Assembly: GCA_965603825.1 (NCBI GenBank)
Contig: CBFDEM010000035.1
Span: 434,001-498,000, forward strand
Source of the DNA: Blepharisma stoltei ATCC 30299
Taxonomy: Eukaryota; Protista; Ciliophora
Direction: 5' to 3'
Length of the DNA: 64,000 bases
The translations under genes were made by a program, and so were the position numbers. The notes under the pieces were generated by a model. The model made no database searches. It was not told the DNA's origin and saw only the letters and a list, made by a program, of their open reading frames with translations. Positions 13,130-28,427 of the stretch are shown one piece after another; position 1 is the first letter of the stretch; the number at the start of each line of letters is the position of its first letter.

Positions 13130-16100
13130 TTATGGCATTATTTTCATAACTGAATTGATTTTTGTCAAATATTGTTTTTCCTTCCTGAAAAATCTTAGAT
13201 ACATACCAAAATACATTGTCAATGAAATCACAATAAAAACGATAAGAATTGCCATTATTAAATGAATTTGGCTATCAATAATACTTTTTGAATAACTGTT
13301 AACTTCGTCAATCATTTGGCTGTAATAATGATCAATACTGGTTGCCACGAATATAAATTTTGTTCATGCAGCATAATCACTAAGCTCATAAAAAATAGCT
13401 GTAGCTTCATACATTGTGATTTCCCCTGCTGAATACACTCCATAACCAAAATCAGCATAAGGATAATTATTTACATTTTCATAATATAATTGATTAAATT
13501 GTTTTGATAAAATAGGGGAATTTTTTGTATCTCTTAAAACTATTTCTGAATAATTAATTTTGTCAATTGCGATTTGCATTGCAGCTTTGCTATCAACAAA
13601 AGGATAGGCATAATATAAAATGTACTTAGCAGCAGTTCCTGTGTATTCCCCTGCCGCTTCTGATGTTCATATCGCTAAGCTTGTATATAATGTTTGCATA
13701 TTTATCAACTCTCTTATGACCTCAGGCCTATAAGACAAGTATTCTGCGCATTTTTTATAAAAATAGCTCATGTTAATGATGGAAAACGCAAACACAATTA
13801 TAAAATAAATAAAAATTCTCCATGCGTATTTTCGATAATTTTTGAAGTTAAATGCATTTTTAGAAAGCTTCTTGCCATTGAGTGGAATTTCAGTTTGATG
13901 ATGAATGATTGTAAGCCTTTCTGTAATTGTTTGTACAAGCTCAGAATAATGCGTATAAGCAGATTTTCTTATGCTATTTCAAAGATTATTTTCAATTTTC
14001 AGAGTTGAATAGCAAAATGGGGCCATAATAAGAACACATGCACCAAGGACAGCAATTCCTAATACTAGATAAATAAGCATTTTTGTCTTAAAATCTGATA
14101 TTCCTGATTGCTGGCATTCTATAATTTTATATAGAGAAATATTGCAATAATGAAAGGCATCTCCATAGCCATTCAAAAGCATAAATGAGGTTTCAGTTGT
14201 GATATCTTCTGAATCATTGAATTTTCTTATAAATTCATTTCCCTATATAACTTTTACAGTATGAATAAATTTAGTTAATGCGTCCAATAAATTTGTTTTT
14301 TCCCTATAAACGCTATATTTTACATTTCATAAGTCAATATTTTGATCAGTAAAATAATCTCGGCCTGAGCATGAGTCTCAATTTGTTAAATTTGAAGTAA
14401 CATACGAATGAATATTTTCCAATTCTATCAGCGTGTTTCCAAATCCTACCATAGTGCTCAAAGCGTATTGTCTCATATCAGCTCCGCCATAACAAAGCAC
14501 TAAAACACTTTTTGCAAGATAAGCAGCATACTGCAAGTTTTTACCAAGATTTCCAATAGTCAAAGAAATACTAATATCACTGACTAAGCTAATGCTGGAA
14601 AAGGCATAAAATAAGACTGCAATATTGGTTGCAATAACAATCAAGATCTATATGAAATTTACGGATAAAACAAAAATGAGGTGTAAAATATTTAGGGCCC
14701 TTGAAAATATTTTTGTAATATTTATAAATCTTTTTAAGGAAGTGTGCTGGGATAAAAGAGATTTTTCGTCCATTTTTTCTGAAGAGAGATTGCTACTGAT
14801 ATCTAAGTTATCATCAGCTTTATTGATAGTAAGCTTAAAATCGGAATCATAATTATTTTCCTTGCTTTCTTGTACAGCTGAAGCAGTTGGTAACTTCAAT
14901 GGAATCTCTAAATTTTCAATTGTCTTTTCTTTGATGTCGCTTAGGTTAGAATAATTATTATCGCTATAATTTTCATTTAATCCTTTATCTTTTCATTTTT
15001 CTATTTCTTCTAAGTCATCTGTTAGCAAAATATATGGTATTTTAATTTTATGAAACTCAAAATATGCCAATAAAAGTATAATATTTTTTTCGAGACCAGC
15101 TAAATTGTATGGCACAAATGGATTTAAATTAGCAATTTCTATATTGAGGATATTGCTTAAAGCAAATCCTGCTAAGTTGCTTTGATTATTTACAGAGAAT
15201 TTCGAAAAATCTTCAGAGTGGCATAAAATGTCTCAATTTTCTGATATTAATGCAATATAGCGCCTTGTCTGCTTAACTTTAAAAGCGATTGCTGTTATAA
15301 TACAATTATTAAATGCAGTGATTGATGCTTTTCCTGTGCATTCCAATATAAAATTTGTAGGGAGGTATATAAAAAATCCATCATCTAGATTAATCTCTGA
15401 ATTTGATCCAAAATGTGTAAACCATTGAGTTTCATCAATAAATATTTTTCTATAATAAGGAGGAATAAAATTAGATATGTTATTGCCAACAATCGAATTC
15501 GAAGGAGTTTTTAAAATTTTAGAGGCTGCTGGGTTACTAAAAAGAATTTCTCCAAAATTTTCTTCTTCATTTGAAAAAATTAGAACTCCATTTTTATCAT
15601 CAAAAAAACTAAGCTGCTTGGTATCTATTGTAGAGCTTTGGGCAATTCGATCAAAATATCTTAATTTATTATCAAGCATAATTGCTTTTTCAATATCATA
15701 CAAGATATTTCTTGTGTAAGATGCATAAAGTGCTAAAGATTCTCTAGAATTAGAGAATTTCGTTATTATCTGACTATACTCATTGTTAAGGAAAAGAATT
15801 CTATCGTCAATAGCTTTCAGCTTCGTTATTAGACTTTTTAAAATGGGCTTTTTTGATGTAACCTCTTTTCAAAATTTAAGTAAATTTTTACATAATTTTC
15901 TATCTTTTCTTTTAATCCAGTTTAATTGCTGAAAAAAACTTAAAAATGTTGAGCTTTCACTCATATAAGAATCTTCAATATTTTTTTGACACAAATAAGC
16001 TTGATAGCTTGCTTCTCAGTTTCAATCTAAAACTGTTTTAATTTTGCTCAACTTTACCCTGGCTAAAGACTCATCTTTTAATGAATATAAAAAATAATTT

Positions 16101-17323
16101 GTTTCTCATACAACTTGTAGTTTGCTTCTGTTTAGAGTCATAAAAAATAATTCAAAGATTTCAATAATTTGATTTTTATTTTTAGTATCATTTTCACATA
16201 AAGCCTGCCTAAGAACTTTTTCTAATTTGTATTGAGTGTCAATTCCTATCAAATTATTAGGTAAGCTAATACTTGCTCCTTGTTGTCGTTTCACTATAAA
16301 ATAAATAAAGTATATGGACAATATAGGAAGGAGAACTATCGCGAATAAGATGATAGATAAAGAGTTATCAATTCAATATCCTAGCAGAAAAATAAAGGAT
16401 ATTAAAGCAATAATAAAAAATCTGAGGATCACTATAGAATTGTAAAAAATTGAAAAATAAGGAAGAAATTTCATACTTTCTATCATAAGTGCTAATGAAG
16501 CAAGCATTATCAAAATTTGATAAAAAATGATATGATTTTCTGCAAGCATTGCATAAATAATAGGCAAAAAATACATAAAAATTGCAGCATGATTATCAAT
16601 TCTTGAATGTGCTTTTGCTTTTATAGTTCTGCTACTTGCAAAATGTCGAATTTCACCAGAAAATTCAGTATAAGACAAAAGTAAAAAAAAAGAAATAATC
16701 ATCACAAAAACAATAGCGACTTGGAATGCTGAATTAATTTCAAAGTTTTTAAAACTATTGTTAGAACGGTATTCTAAAACTGTATTATGAGGTGAAAAAT
16801 TGTACTTCTCGAAGATGGAAAATAATGTAAGTGACGGTATAAATAGCATCGTCACTCATAAATAAAAGGTTCTTTTAAATATGATTAATGCATATGTAGG
16901 GATTTCAAAGGAATTATATATACAATAAGCTAAGAGAAAAATACCTAAAAAATTGAAGATAGCAATAAACACTGCTAAATAAAGGCATTCGCCAAGAATT
17001 CCAAATTCTGCGCAAGTATTGTCAAGTCTTAAGTATCCTATAATTTCCCAAATAAAAATATTCCCACTCCAATTTTTAATTGGCAGATTTGGGATTCAAA
17101 CTAAAGCTACTAGTTGGAAGCATCAAATTGCGGCTTCAAATATAGCTTTGACTTTTTGCTTATATGCTGATTTATCAGCAAAACCTTTTTTAAAGTAAAG
17201 TTGCCTATAAACTTCAAAGAGCGATTTTACTAATGATTTTCCTCTTTTTAACTTCAAAAACTGACTTTTTAAATTTGAGACTTCCCATCTATCAGCATTT
17301 AGTCCAGCCATAAGTGAAGACAT
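13130..17323 (-). CDS. TmcB/TmcC-like PAS-domain membrane protein, paralog 3 (~1387 aa)
   Basis: Nine co-frame ORF fragments. Introns 14648-14662 and 14243-14257. TAA at 13130. Confidence 0.85.
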
Positions 17324-18326
17324 TATAAGAAAAAACCTAATGATGATTAATTTTAGTTTTTAATAGAGCTAAAGCATTCTAAATATAAATTTTTTTAAAT
17401 ATCGTTATGAACTACTATAATTAAATTTAATTATAAATTATTAATAAATTTTTAAGATAATGATATAAAGCTTTAGAAAAATCCAACTTATGACAAAATG
17501 TTTTCTTTAATCATTATCATTTGAAACTTTTAAGGAAATGAAATAGAGTGTCTATTGAAAAATATTATTTAAAGACTCTGATAATGCAAAATAATCTTAA
17601 AATATAAAACTCTATGCTTTCGGCATATAAAGCCATAGTTGCCATACTTTAGAAGCTTTTAATAATCTACTAAACAGATTATATTATAAAAAAGTTTGGA
17701 TCTTTATAACTGAAATTATCATTTACAGCTAATAAATAGTGTAGTGTTTCGATAGCTTGATTTTCGTCTTTGGTAATATATTTCTTAGTTTTTTAAGATT
17801 AACTAAGCTAAGCATAATATAAAAGATATACTTGGTGATAAGATAAGTTTATTTAAAAATAAAATAAAGTTCGCTAAAACCTTTCCTTTATATCATCATG
17901 CACCTGAATAATTACTTTATTTCATTATGATAAGCGTGAAATTTAATCAATAATTAGAAAGCCATTAATTTTTTATTATTGAGCCCCAAAGAATTATTAA
18001 ATAAAACAATATAAATGGCTTAGTTTATAAACTTCAAAAGCTGATTTTAAATTTTTTATATTTGTCTCTACTGCTTATTTTTCACTTTGTTTCCATTGAT
18101 TATTATAAGAAGTTTAAAAATAATTGAATTGCATATCTTAAAATGCACTTTTCAGTTTTCTATAGACTAAATAAACAAAGATTGTATTAATTTTGTGTAT
18201 ATTTATTATTGCTGTGCTTTAATAATTATTTATAATGTGTAAACATCATTTATTATCTTTTAAATAATTTCTATTTACAGTCTTAAAATACAAGCCCTTA
18301 TAATAAACCACAAGTTTTATAAAAGT

Positions 18327-21300
18327 TTATGGCATGATTTTCATTATCGAATTTATTTTCGTCAAATATTTCTTTTCCTTCCTGAAAAACCTTAAATACA
18401 TCACAAAATACATTATCAATGAAATCACAATAAAAACTATAAGAATTGCTATTATTAAGTGAATTTGGTCATCAATAACGCTTTTTGAATAATGGTTAAC
18501 TTCATCAATCATTTGGCTATAATAATTGTCTATACTAGCAATAACATTTATGAATTTCGTCCATGCCATATAATCTGTCAATAAATATATAATAGCTGTA
18601 GCTTCATACATTGTGATTTCTCCTGCTGAATAGACTCCAAATCTGAAGTCAGGATAAGGATAATTATAGATATTTTCATGGAATATCTGATTAAATTTTT
18701 TTGATTTAATGGGACAATATTTGGGATTTCTTAGCGTATGTTCTGAGTGTTGAATTTTTTCAATTGTTAATTGCAAGGCAGATCTATTATCAATGAAAGG
18801 GAGAGCATAATATAGAATGTACTTCACAGAAGTCCCTGCATAGTCTTGAGACACTTCTGTTGTTCATATACCTAAGCTTGTGTATAAAGTTTGCGAATTT
18901 ATTAATTCTCTTATCACCTCAGGTCTATATGACAGGTATTCTGCACATTTTTCGTAAAAATAGCTTATATTAACAATTGAAAATACTAATACAATTATAA
19001 AATAAACAGAAATTCTCCATACATACTTTGGGTAGTTTTTGAGAATAAATGATTTTTTCGAAAGATGTTTTGCAGAAGGAGGAATTTCGTCTTGATGATG
19101 AGTATTTGCAAGTCTGTCAACAATGGACTGAGTAAGCTCAAGATAGTGTCTGCAAGCAGATTTTCTAACACTATTTCAAAGATTATTTTCAATTTTCAGC
19201 GTCGAATAGCAAAATGGGGTCATAATAAGAACGCATGCCCCAAGAACAGCTAAACTTAATACCAATAAAATTAGCATTTTTGTCTTGAAATCTGATATTC
19301 CTGATTGCTGACATTCTATAATGTCATATAGCGAACTGTTGCAATAATGAAATGCTTCTCCATAACCACTCAAGACCATGAATGAGGCCTCTTTTGTGAT
19401 GTCTTCGGAGTTATTAAATTTTCTTATAAATCCATTTCCCTATATAGCTTTTACAATCTGGATAAATTTAGTTACTGTATCCAATAAACTTGTTTTTTCC
19501 ATATAAACATTATAATCTACATATCATAAATTGATATTTTTGTCAGTAAAATAATTACTTCCTGAGCACGAAGTTCAGTCAGTAAGATTTGAAGTAACAT
19601 ATGAATGAAGATTATCCAACTCTATCAATACAGCTTTAAGCCCTTCCAAAGTAGTAATAGCATAATCTCTAGTCCCAGCCCCTGGGTAAGAAAGCACTAA
19701 AACAGTTTTTGCAAGATAAGCAGCATATTGCAAGTTTTTTCCAACATTTCCAATTGTCAAAGGAAGGCTCATGTCACTGACTAAGTTGATACTGGAAAAC
19801 GCATAAAATAAGACTGCGATATTTGTGGATATAACAATTATGATCTATATAAAAATCACTGATAGGACAAAAACGCCATGCAAAATATTTATGGCTCTTG
19901 AAAATATTTTTGTAGTATTTATAAAATTTCTTAAAGAAGTATGCTGGGACATCACAGATTTTTCATCAATTTTTTCTGAAGAAAAATCGCCATGAAGATC
20001 TGAATTATTGTCAGCTTCATTAAAAATTAGCCTGCAATCGGAATCATAACTGAGCTCTTTGTTTCCTTGTAAAGCGGGGGTAGTTGGCAAGTTTAATGGA
20101 ATTTCTATAATTTCGAATGTTTTTTCAATTCTTTTGCTATGAGTAGGAGTTGTATCATAGCTAAAATCCCCATTGAATCCTTTTTCTTTTCATTGATGCA
20201 TTTCTTCAGGATCACTTATTAATAAAATATATGGTATTTTAATATCATTAAACTCAAAGTACGCAAATACAAACACAATATCCCTTTGAAGGCCAACTAA
20301 ATTGTAAGGGGTAAATGGATTTAAATTAGAAATTTCTAATTTAAGGATGCTTCTTAAAGAAAGTCCTTCTAAATTGCTTTGATCATTTCTAGAAAGTTCA
20401 GCAAAATTTTCAGAGTGACATAAAATTTCACAATTTTCTGATATTAATGCAATTTGATGGGTAACTTGTTTAACCTTGAAAGCAAGCACTGTAATAATAA
20501 AATGATTAATTGCTGTGATTGATGCTTTTCCTGTACATTCCAATATAAAATTTGTGGGGAGATATATAAAAAATCCATCATCTAAACTAATCTCTGAATT
20601 CGAGCCAAAATGAGTAAACCATTTAGATTTTTCAATAAAAATTTTTCTATAATAAGGAGGAATAAAATTAGATATGCTGTTGCCAATAATCGAATCTGAA
20701 GTAGATTTTAAAATTTCTATAGCTGATGGATTAGTAAAAAGAATTTCTCCAAAATTTTCTTCTTCATTTGAAAAAATGATAATACCATTTGTATCATTAA
20801 AAAAATTAGCTTGCTTAATGTCAATTGTAGAGCTTTGAGCAAGTCTATCAAAATATCTTAACTTATTGTCAAGCATAATTGATTTTTCAATATCATACAA
20901 GATATTTCTTGTATAAGAAGCATAAAGTTCGAGAGATTCTCTAGAATTAGAGAATTTCGTTATTATTTGACTATATTCATTGCTAAGGAGGACAACTCTT
21001 TTATCTATCGCTTTCAGCTGCGTTATAAGCCTGTTCATAATGGGTTTTTTTGATACAACCTCTTTCCAAAATTTAAGTAAATCTCCGCATAATTTTTTAT
21101 CTTTTCTTTTAATCCAATTTAGTTGGTGAAATAAGCTTAAAAAATTTGAACTTTCACTCATATAAGAATTTTCAATATTTTGCTTACATATATAAGCCTG
21201 ATAATTTACTTCTCAATTCCAATCCAAAATGGTTTTAATTTTGCTTAACTTTGCTTTAGCTAAAGACTCATCTTTTAAAGTAAATAAACAATAATTTGCT

Positions 21301-22508
21301 TCTCAGATAATTTGAAGCTTGCCTCTATTTAGGGCCATAAAAAATAGCTCAAAAAGACGAATAATTTGATCTTTATTATCAATATCATTATTACATAAAG
21401 CATACCTAATGGCTTTTTCTAATTTGTATTGAGAATCTATATGTATCAAATCATTTGGTATTATGGTATTTGCTCCTATTTGCATTTTTATGATATAGTA
21501 GAGAAAGCATGCTAATATTATAGGAAGTAATATGATTGCAAATAAGATGATAGATAAAGAATTATCTAGCCAATATCCCAGTAAAAATATAAAGGATACG
21601 AAAGCAATCACAAAAAACTTAAGAATCATTATCGAATTGTAAAATTTCGAAAAATACGGAAGAAATTTTATACTCTCTACCATAAGTGTTAATGAAACAA
21701 GCATGACCAAAATTTGATAAATAACGATATTATTTTCTGCAAGCATCGCATAAAGAATAGGTAAAAAATACATAAAAATTGCTGCATGCCTATCAATTCT
21801 TGAATGCCCCTTTGCTTTTAAAGTTCTCTTAATTGCAAAATGTCGAATTTCACCAGAAAATTCAGTATAAAGTAAAAGTAAAAAAAAAGAAATAATCATC
21901 ATAAAGACAATATTTGTTTGCAATGCTGAGCTAATTTCAAAGTTTTTAAAGCCATTATTAAAATGGTATTCTAATACTGTATCGTGAGGCAAAAAATTAT
22001 ACTTTTCAAAGATGGAAAAGAGCGTAATTGAAGGTATAAAAAATAAAGTTAACCAAAAATAAAATATTCTTTTAAATAAGGTAAATGCCGGAGCTGGTAT
22101 ATCAATAGATTTGTATTTACAAATAACTAGGACTAACATGCCTAAAAAAATTAAAAAAACCATAAACATTGAAACATAAAGGCACTCTCCTATAATTGCC
22201 AATTCGGCGCAAGTATTGTCAAATCTCAAATATCCTACAATTTCCCAAATAAAAATATTCCCACTTCAATTTTTGATTGGTAGGTTTGGGATTCAAATTA
22301 AGGCTATTATTTGAAAGCATCAAACTGAGGCCTCAAAAATTGCTTTTGCCCTTTGCTTGTAAATTGATTTCTCTCCAAAATTCTTTCTGAAGTAAAGCCG
22401 TCGATAAACTTCGAAAAGGGCTTTTACTCATGATCTCTCTCTTTTTACTCTCAAAAGCTTATTCTTGAAATTTGTAGTCTGGTCCTTATCAACATCAAAT
22501 CCACTCAT
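18327..22508 (-). CDS. TmcB/TmcC-like PAS-domain membrane protein, paralog 4 (~1383 aa)
   Basis: ATG 22508 (MSGFDVDKDQ). Introns 19845-19859 (GTGATTTTTATATAG) and 19440-19454. Closest to paralog 3. Confidence 0.85.
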
Positions 22509-23624
22509 AAATGGAGATAATTATAAGAAAACTTGGTAGGATTATTTGATAAGATAAGTATTTAAAATATTTAAATTTCTATTTGCATAGTTTTCAACTT
22601 TTCTTAGATGCATTTAAATAGCTAAAATTATAATTCCAGAATTTTACATATTTATATCAATGAGCCTGTTTTTTACTGAAATTTTCTAAAAATAAAATAA
22701 TGAAAGAAATAAAATTTTTCTGTATTATTACTTATAATTTATTTAGAAAATGAATATGAAGGAAATAAAAAAAATTTAAAACTTTTTAAAAGACTAATGT
22801 TGATTTAGAAATAGGGATTATTCAAAATTTTGGCATATTTTTCCTGCTCTGTCGCACTGGTTAAAATAATTTTACTGTAATAAGCTTCTGCTATTCAGTG
22901 CCAGTATATTTTAAAGTTACTGATAAAAATTTATTAAACTTCGCTCATCATTTTTAAAAATTATATGAATAGGATTATTTGCATAGATAAAAATGTTCAT
23001 AATAGCTCTCGCTCCAAAAAGAAAATATTTTAAATATCAATTTTTATTATTAAAATTTTTGAATCAAAAACCAGGCTATTCATAACTTTTATTTAAAAAT
23101 AAAAATTAGTTAATTTTATGCAAAGCAATAATAAGATATTAATTTAATATATGTTATTTTTGAATGATTTTGAGTATTCATGCAAATGAAGTAAATTTTA
23201 ATATAAGAAATGATAAGCCAACAAACATATTATCTTAATTGCCCATATATTAAAAGCTCATTTTATCATTGAGATATTAAAAGAAAATTAGATAAATTTT
23301 AATTTGTAACGATTTTTTTTCATTAGATTTAAATATCTGGACTTGCAATTTTACTTCAAGGTCTTAAATACTTTATTTAATTAAAAAATCTAGGTATTCC
23401 ATGTGTCAATTTCATTGCGAGTTTTCTTTTGATTTCCATTTGCCAAAATTGAATTAATTCTAAGAAGCCTTTTATCTAAATGGAAAAAAATAATGCAAAC
23501 TGTCTTTTATTCGATCAGTATAGATTAAGTTTATCATACCTAAATACAAAATTTAATTAAAAACTGTATAAGAAAAGAACTTTTATCAAGAAGAAAGTCA
23601 GTGCTTAATATTTTTAAAATTTAA

Positions 23625-26600
23625 TTATATATCACGAATATTTATAACTTTTTCAGGCATAATCTGCAGCATTGAATTTATTTTTTGCAAATATTTTTTC
23701 TCGTTTCTAAAAAATATCAAATAAACCCCAAAATACATCACAATCGAAATGACAATAAAAATTGCCAAAACTCCAATAATCACGCTCATTTGATCATCTA
23801 TCACACTTTGTGAATATTGATTATATTTCTCAATCAATTCATTATAATCGGTATCTAGTTCTTGTAGGCTAACCATCAAAGCAAGCCACACATCGACTGC
23901 GTCTCCTTGTAATCTTGAAACTAATAATCCGTCAAATATTGAGATTTCTCCTCCTGAAAAAACCCCAAAATTGTGCTCTTTAATTTCACAGCTATCTTTT
24001 TCAAAAAACTGTTTTTTAAGACTTCTAGGTAAAATCTCAGAATGTTTGGATTTTCTAAAAGTAAGCTGAGATGATTTTATTTGAGCTATTATTTCATCTA
24101 AATTTAATATAGCATTGCTAAAAGGACTGCCTAGCGGTAGCATATCTGCTAGTGAAAACCCTGGGGTCTGCATAGCTGCTTCTGTGATTCATATATTGAA
24201 ATTTGTAAACAAAACTTGAGATGTAATTAGTTGTTTGGTAACTTCAGGCCTGTAATATAAATAATCTGCACATTTTTGATAGAAATAAGTAATATTTATT
24301 ATGCAGAATATTGAAGTTGCTATTAAAAATAAGGTGACCCTTCATATATATTTCCAATAGCTCCTGAAGCTTAACAAATTTTTTGATCGATTTCCGTTGA
24401 AGATAACTGTTTCATGCTGATTGTGGACTGAGTTAAGCCTTAAAATACAAGACTGCTTAAGCTCAAGGTAATTTTTAGTTGCATATTTTCTTATATTATT
24501 TCATAGTATATTTTCAGTTTTGATAGCAGAGTTGCAAAATGGGACCATTATTACAATGCCTATAGAAAGCACTATAATCCCTAATACCAACAGTATGTAT
24601 ATTTCAGTTCTAAAGTCAGAAATTGCTGATTTTTTGCAGCTTATCACATCACACAGAGAATCATAGCAATACTTAAAAGATTCACCATACCCATTTATAG
24701 CAAAAAATGCAGTTTCTTTATAAAAATTTCCTCCATTATTATATTTCGTAATAAATTCATATCCCTATATGAAAATTACAGACTGAACAAACTGCCCAAT
24801 AGTGTCCATAAGAGTGGTTTTTACCGTATACATCCCATCATCAATTTTCCATAAATTAATGTTCTTTTCAGTAAAAATGCTAGTCCCTGAACATGACTTT
24901 CAGTCAGTTAAATTTGAGGCAGCATTTATATACAGATTATCAAGAGCGACAACATTTTCTTGGAAACGATTAAAACAAAGCTGGAGGACACTATCGATGC
25001 CTTCTAATCCATTAAGCATATAAAGCAGCCTTGAAAGAACGCCAAGCTGCTGAAATGCTTTGCCTATATCTCCTATGGTTTTTGGAAGACTTATATCACG
25101 GACTATACCTATACCATTAAAAGCATAAAATAAAACAGCTAGATTGGTGGCAAGTACTACAACGATCTAATTATAAATTACAAGTATAACGAAAACAATA
25201 TGCAATGCGTCAATTGCTCTTGATGAAATTTTCATCATATGAAGAAAAACGCTTAAAGATGAGCTTTCTGTTTGGGATTTTTCGTCATCATTTTTTCCCT
25301 TTGCGTGATTACTTGCTAATTTTGTGGTTTCGTCTGGATTTGATAGACAATCTGACTTAGGATCAAGCATTTCTTTGGACATTAGTAAAGAATTTTCTTC
25401 AGAAGGTGAGGATCTGAACATATGGAATGACAGTGGTGTCGGTCTTACAAAGTTTTCTTCTTGAAGATTGTCTTGTTGCCTCCATTTTTCATCTTTTCAT
25501 TTAAGAATTTCATCAGGATCATTTATCAATAGCACATAAGGGATTTTAATATTATAAAACTCTGTATAGCACATAACTAAAATCATTTCATTTTTAAAAC
25601 CAGATAAATTGTAAGGAACTAGCGGCTGAAAATTTATTTCTTCTAAATCCGGAAATAAAGATTTTATATTAGCTCCTACTAAATTATCATGCCCTATAAG
25701 ACTAGGAAAATCTTCAGTATAGCTATAAATTTCTCCATCTTCAGATATTAAAGCGACTTGATGAGTTGATTTATTTAATCTGAATACAAGTATAGTCGCA
25801 ATGACATTATTAATCGAAGTTATTGATGCTTTCCCAATGCACTCTAATAAGAAATTCCTCGGAGTAATAAAGAAGCAGCCATCATTAAAGTATATCTCTG
25901 TTATTGAGCTAAAATGAACCATTTCGCTCATAGTATCAACTGTTTTTTGGTTATAAGGTTCTGGGATGAAATGATTTATATTATTCCCCACAATTCCATG
26001 TGTCGAAAGTTTAAAAATTTCTGCAGCTCTTGAGCTTGCGAAAAGAATTTCCCCAAAATTTTTTTCTTCATTAGAAATTAGCAAAATTCCGTTATTCGAA
26101 TTAAAACAGCTTAAATTCTGGGCTTCATTTGTTATGCTGGAAAAAATTCGGTCAAAAAATCTGAGCTTGTAATTGAGTTTATCAGAGTTGTCATAATCAT
26201 GCAAAATATTCCTCATATATAAAAAATACAGTCCTAAGGCATCTCTAGAATTATCGTATTTTGTGGTGAGCTGTTTATATTCGGTATTCAAAAAAGTAAT
26301 TCCATCATTAATAGAATTCAGCGATTTGATTAATTTAGAAAATGATGGTTTTTTGCAAGTAACTTCTTCCCAAAAAACTGATAAATTGATGCAGAGTTTT
26401 CTATCTTGCTGTTTTATTTGATGGATTTTATGATAATAATTCTCATATGATACACTTTCATTTGAGTCTGATTCCATGATAATTTTATTGCACAAATATT
26501 CTTGATATTTTTCTTCTAAGTTTCAGCCTGAAGTATATTTAATTTTTGATAATTTTATTTTTGCTAAAGCTTCATTTTTTAAAGTAAATAAACAATAGTT

Positions 26601-27818
26601 TGTTACTCATATAACTTGAAGCTTATCTCTATCCAAGCTCTTAGACATAAAAAAATTTTCGAAAATTCTAATAATTTCATTCTTATTTTCGACATTTCCT
26701 GAGCATAACGCATATCTGAGGGATTTTTCTAAATTATATTGGCTCTTTATTCCTGATATATTATCTGGGATATTTTTGCTTAATTTTCTTTGCAATTTTA
26801 AAGCATAAATAATGATAAAAACGATAGAAATAGGGAATAAAATAATTGCAAATAAAGTAATAAATAGAGAATTGTCAACGCAATAGCCAAATATAAAAAG
26901 AAAAGACATTAAAGTGACTGTAAAAAACCGAATAATTACTAAAATGCTGCAATATTCTGAAAAATAAGGCAAAAATGTAATAGTCTCAGCTAATAAAAAT
27001 GCTGAGCTTATAAGCGCTAAAATCTGCAAATGTATTATATAATTATCAGCAAATATCGAATACAAAATCGGAAAAGCGAATGTAAAGATTGCTGCATGAA
27101 TCTCAATTTTTGAATGTGCTTTGGCTTTTACTATACTTTTTGCTGTACAATGGCGAATTTCACCTGAAAGCATAGAATACAAAAAAAATATCAAGAAATT
27201 CACTATAATGGCAATAAAGCTTAATGCTTGTATAGGACTTGATATTTTAAAATTCGCTGAATTATCATTTTCTTCATATTCCAAAACATTTTTTTGCTGT
27301 GAAAAATTGTACTTAAGAAATATCGTGAATAACTCCAAAGAAGGTATATACAGAATATTTAGCCATATACAGATTAATCTTTTGAATACGCTAAATATAA
27401 TTGCTGGCAAGCTAATAGAATAATAAAGAACTAAAACTAAAGCAAACATACCAAAAAAAACAGCGAAAACGCATGCCATTAAGATATATAAACATGTATC
27501 AGCAATTCCAAGAGCTGAACAAGTATTGTCTATTTTTAAATATCCAATAATTCTTCACATAATCATATTTTCTTTTCAATCTTCAATTTGGAGGTTTGGA
27601 ATTCATAGTAAACTAGTCATTTGAAGGCACCATAAAGAGACTTCAATTGCTATTTTGACTTTTTGTTGTGGCAAAGTCAAACCTAAATAGCTCTTTTGAT
27701 AGTATAGAATAGAGAAAAACTCAAAAATTGCATTTAGTATCGGTTTTTCTTCTTTTCGGCCATAATTCTTTTTGTTTAAAGAAGAAGCTTCACCTATTTC
27801 AGCTTCGAAATCTATCAT
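23625..27818 (-). CDS. TmcB/TmcC-like PAS-domain membrane protein, paralog 5 (~1387 aa)
   Basis: Co-frame fragments from MIDFEAEIG to ...IMPEKVINIRDI*. Introns 25167-25181 and 24765-24779. Confidence 0.85.
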
Positions 27819-28427
27819 AAATTATTAATTAGTTAAAAAACATTAAAAGATGAATAGATAAGATGGTGAGAGGTCAAAGAAAAATTGCTACTTCTTTAAA
27901 TTAGCTAATAAAATTGTGGTAATTAATTTACTATTAATTTGGTAGGTGAATACCCAATGAATATTTAGGCTGCTAAAAGAATGTTTTATTATTTTTATTA
28001 AAAATTTCTTTTACAATTAAGATATCATATGCATTATTATTTTTTAATCATGCTTAATGAACTGAAGATAGTCTGCTTTAACTATGGTCTTACTCTTATA
28101 TAATAAGTTAAATAGGGATGAAATATCTGGTAAACTAAGAAATCTGTTAATCCTATTTTAAAAGTCAAAATAGAGACATGCCAAGCCAGGATCAGAAGAG
28201 GCAAATGTTCCCAATCAGAGTTTAAAAGAAAAAAGCCTATATTCTGAATATTTCGTTCTGGAGAAAAAAAAAGGTAATCAAAAATTGTGTAATTTCTAAA
28301 ATTTAAACTTTTCGAAAATTCCAGATTATATTTCTTAAAATTTTATTTTAAATAATAAAAATCTAATTATTGCATATTTTCTATAAATTAAGTACATAAA
28401 CTAATTTTCAGCGTTCAATTATTAAAA

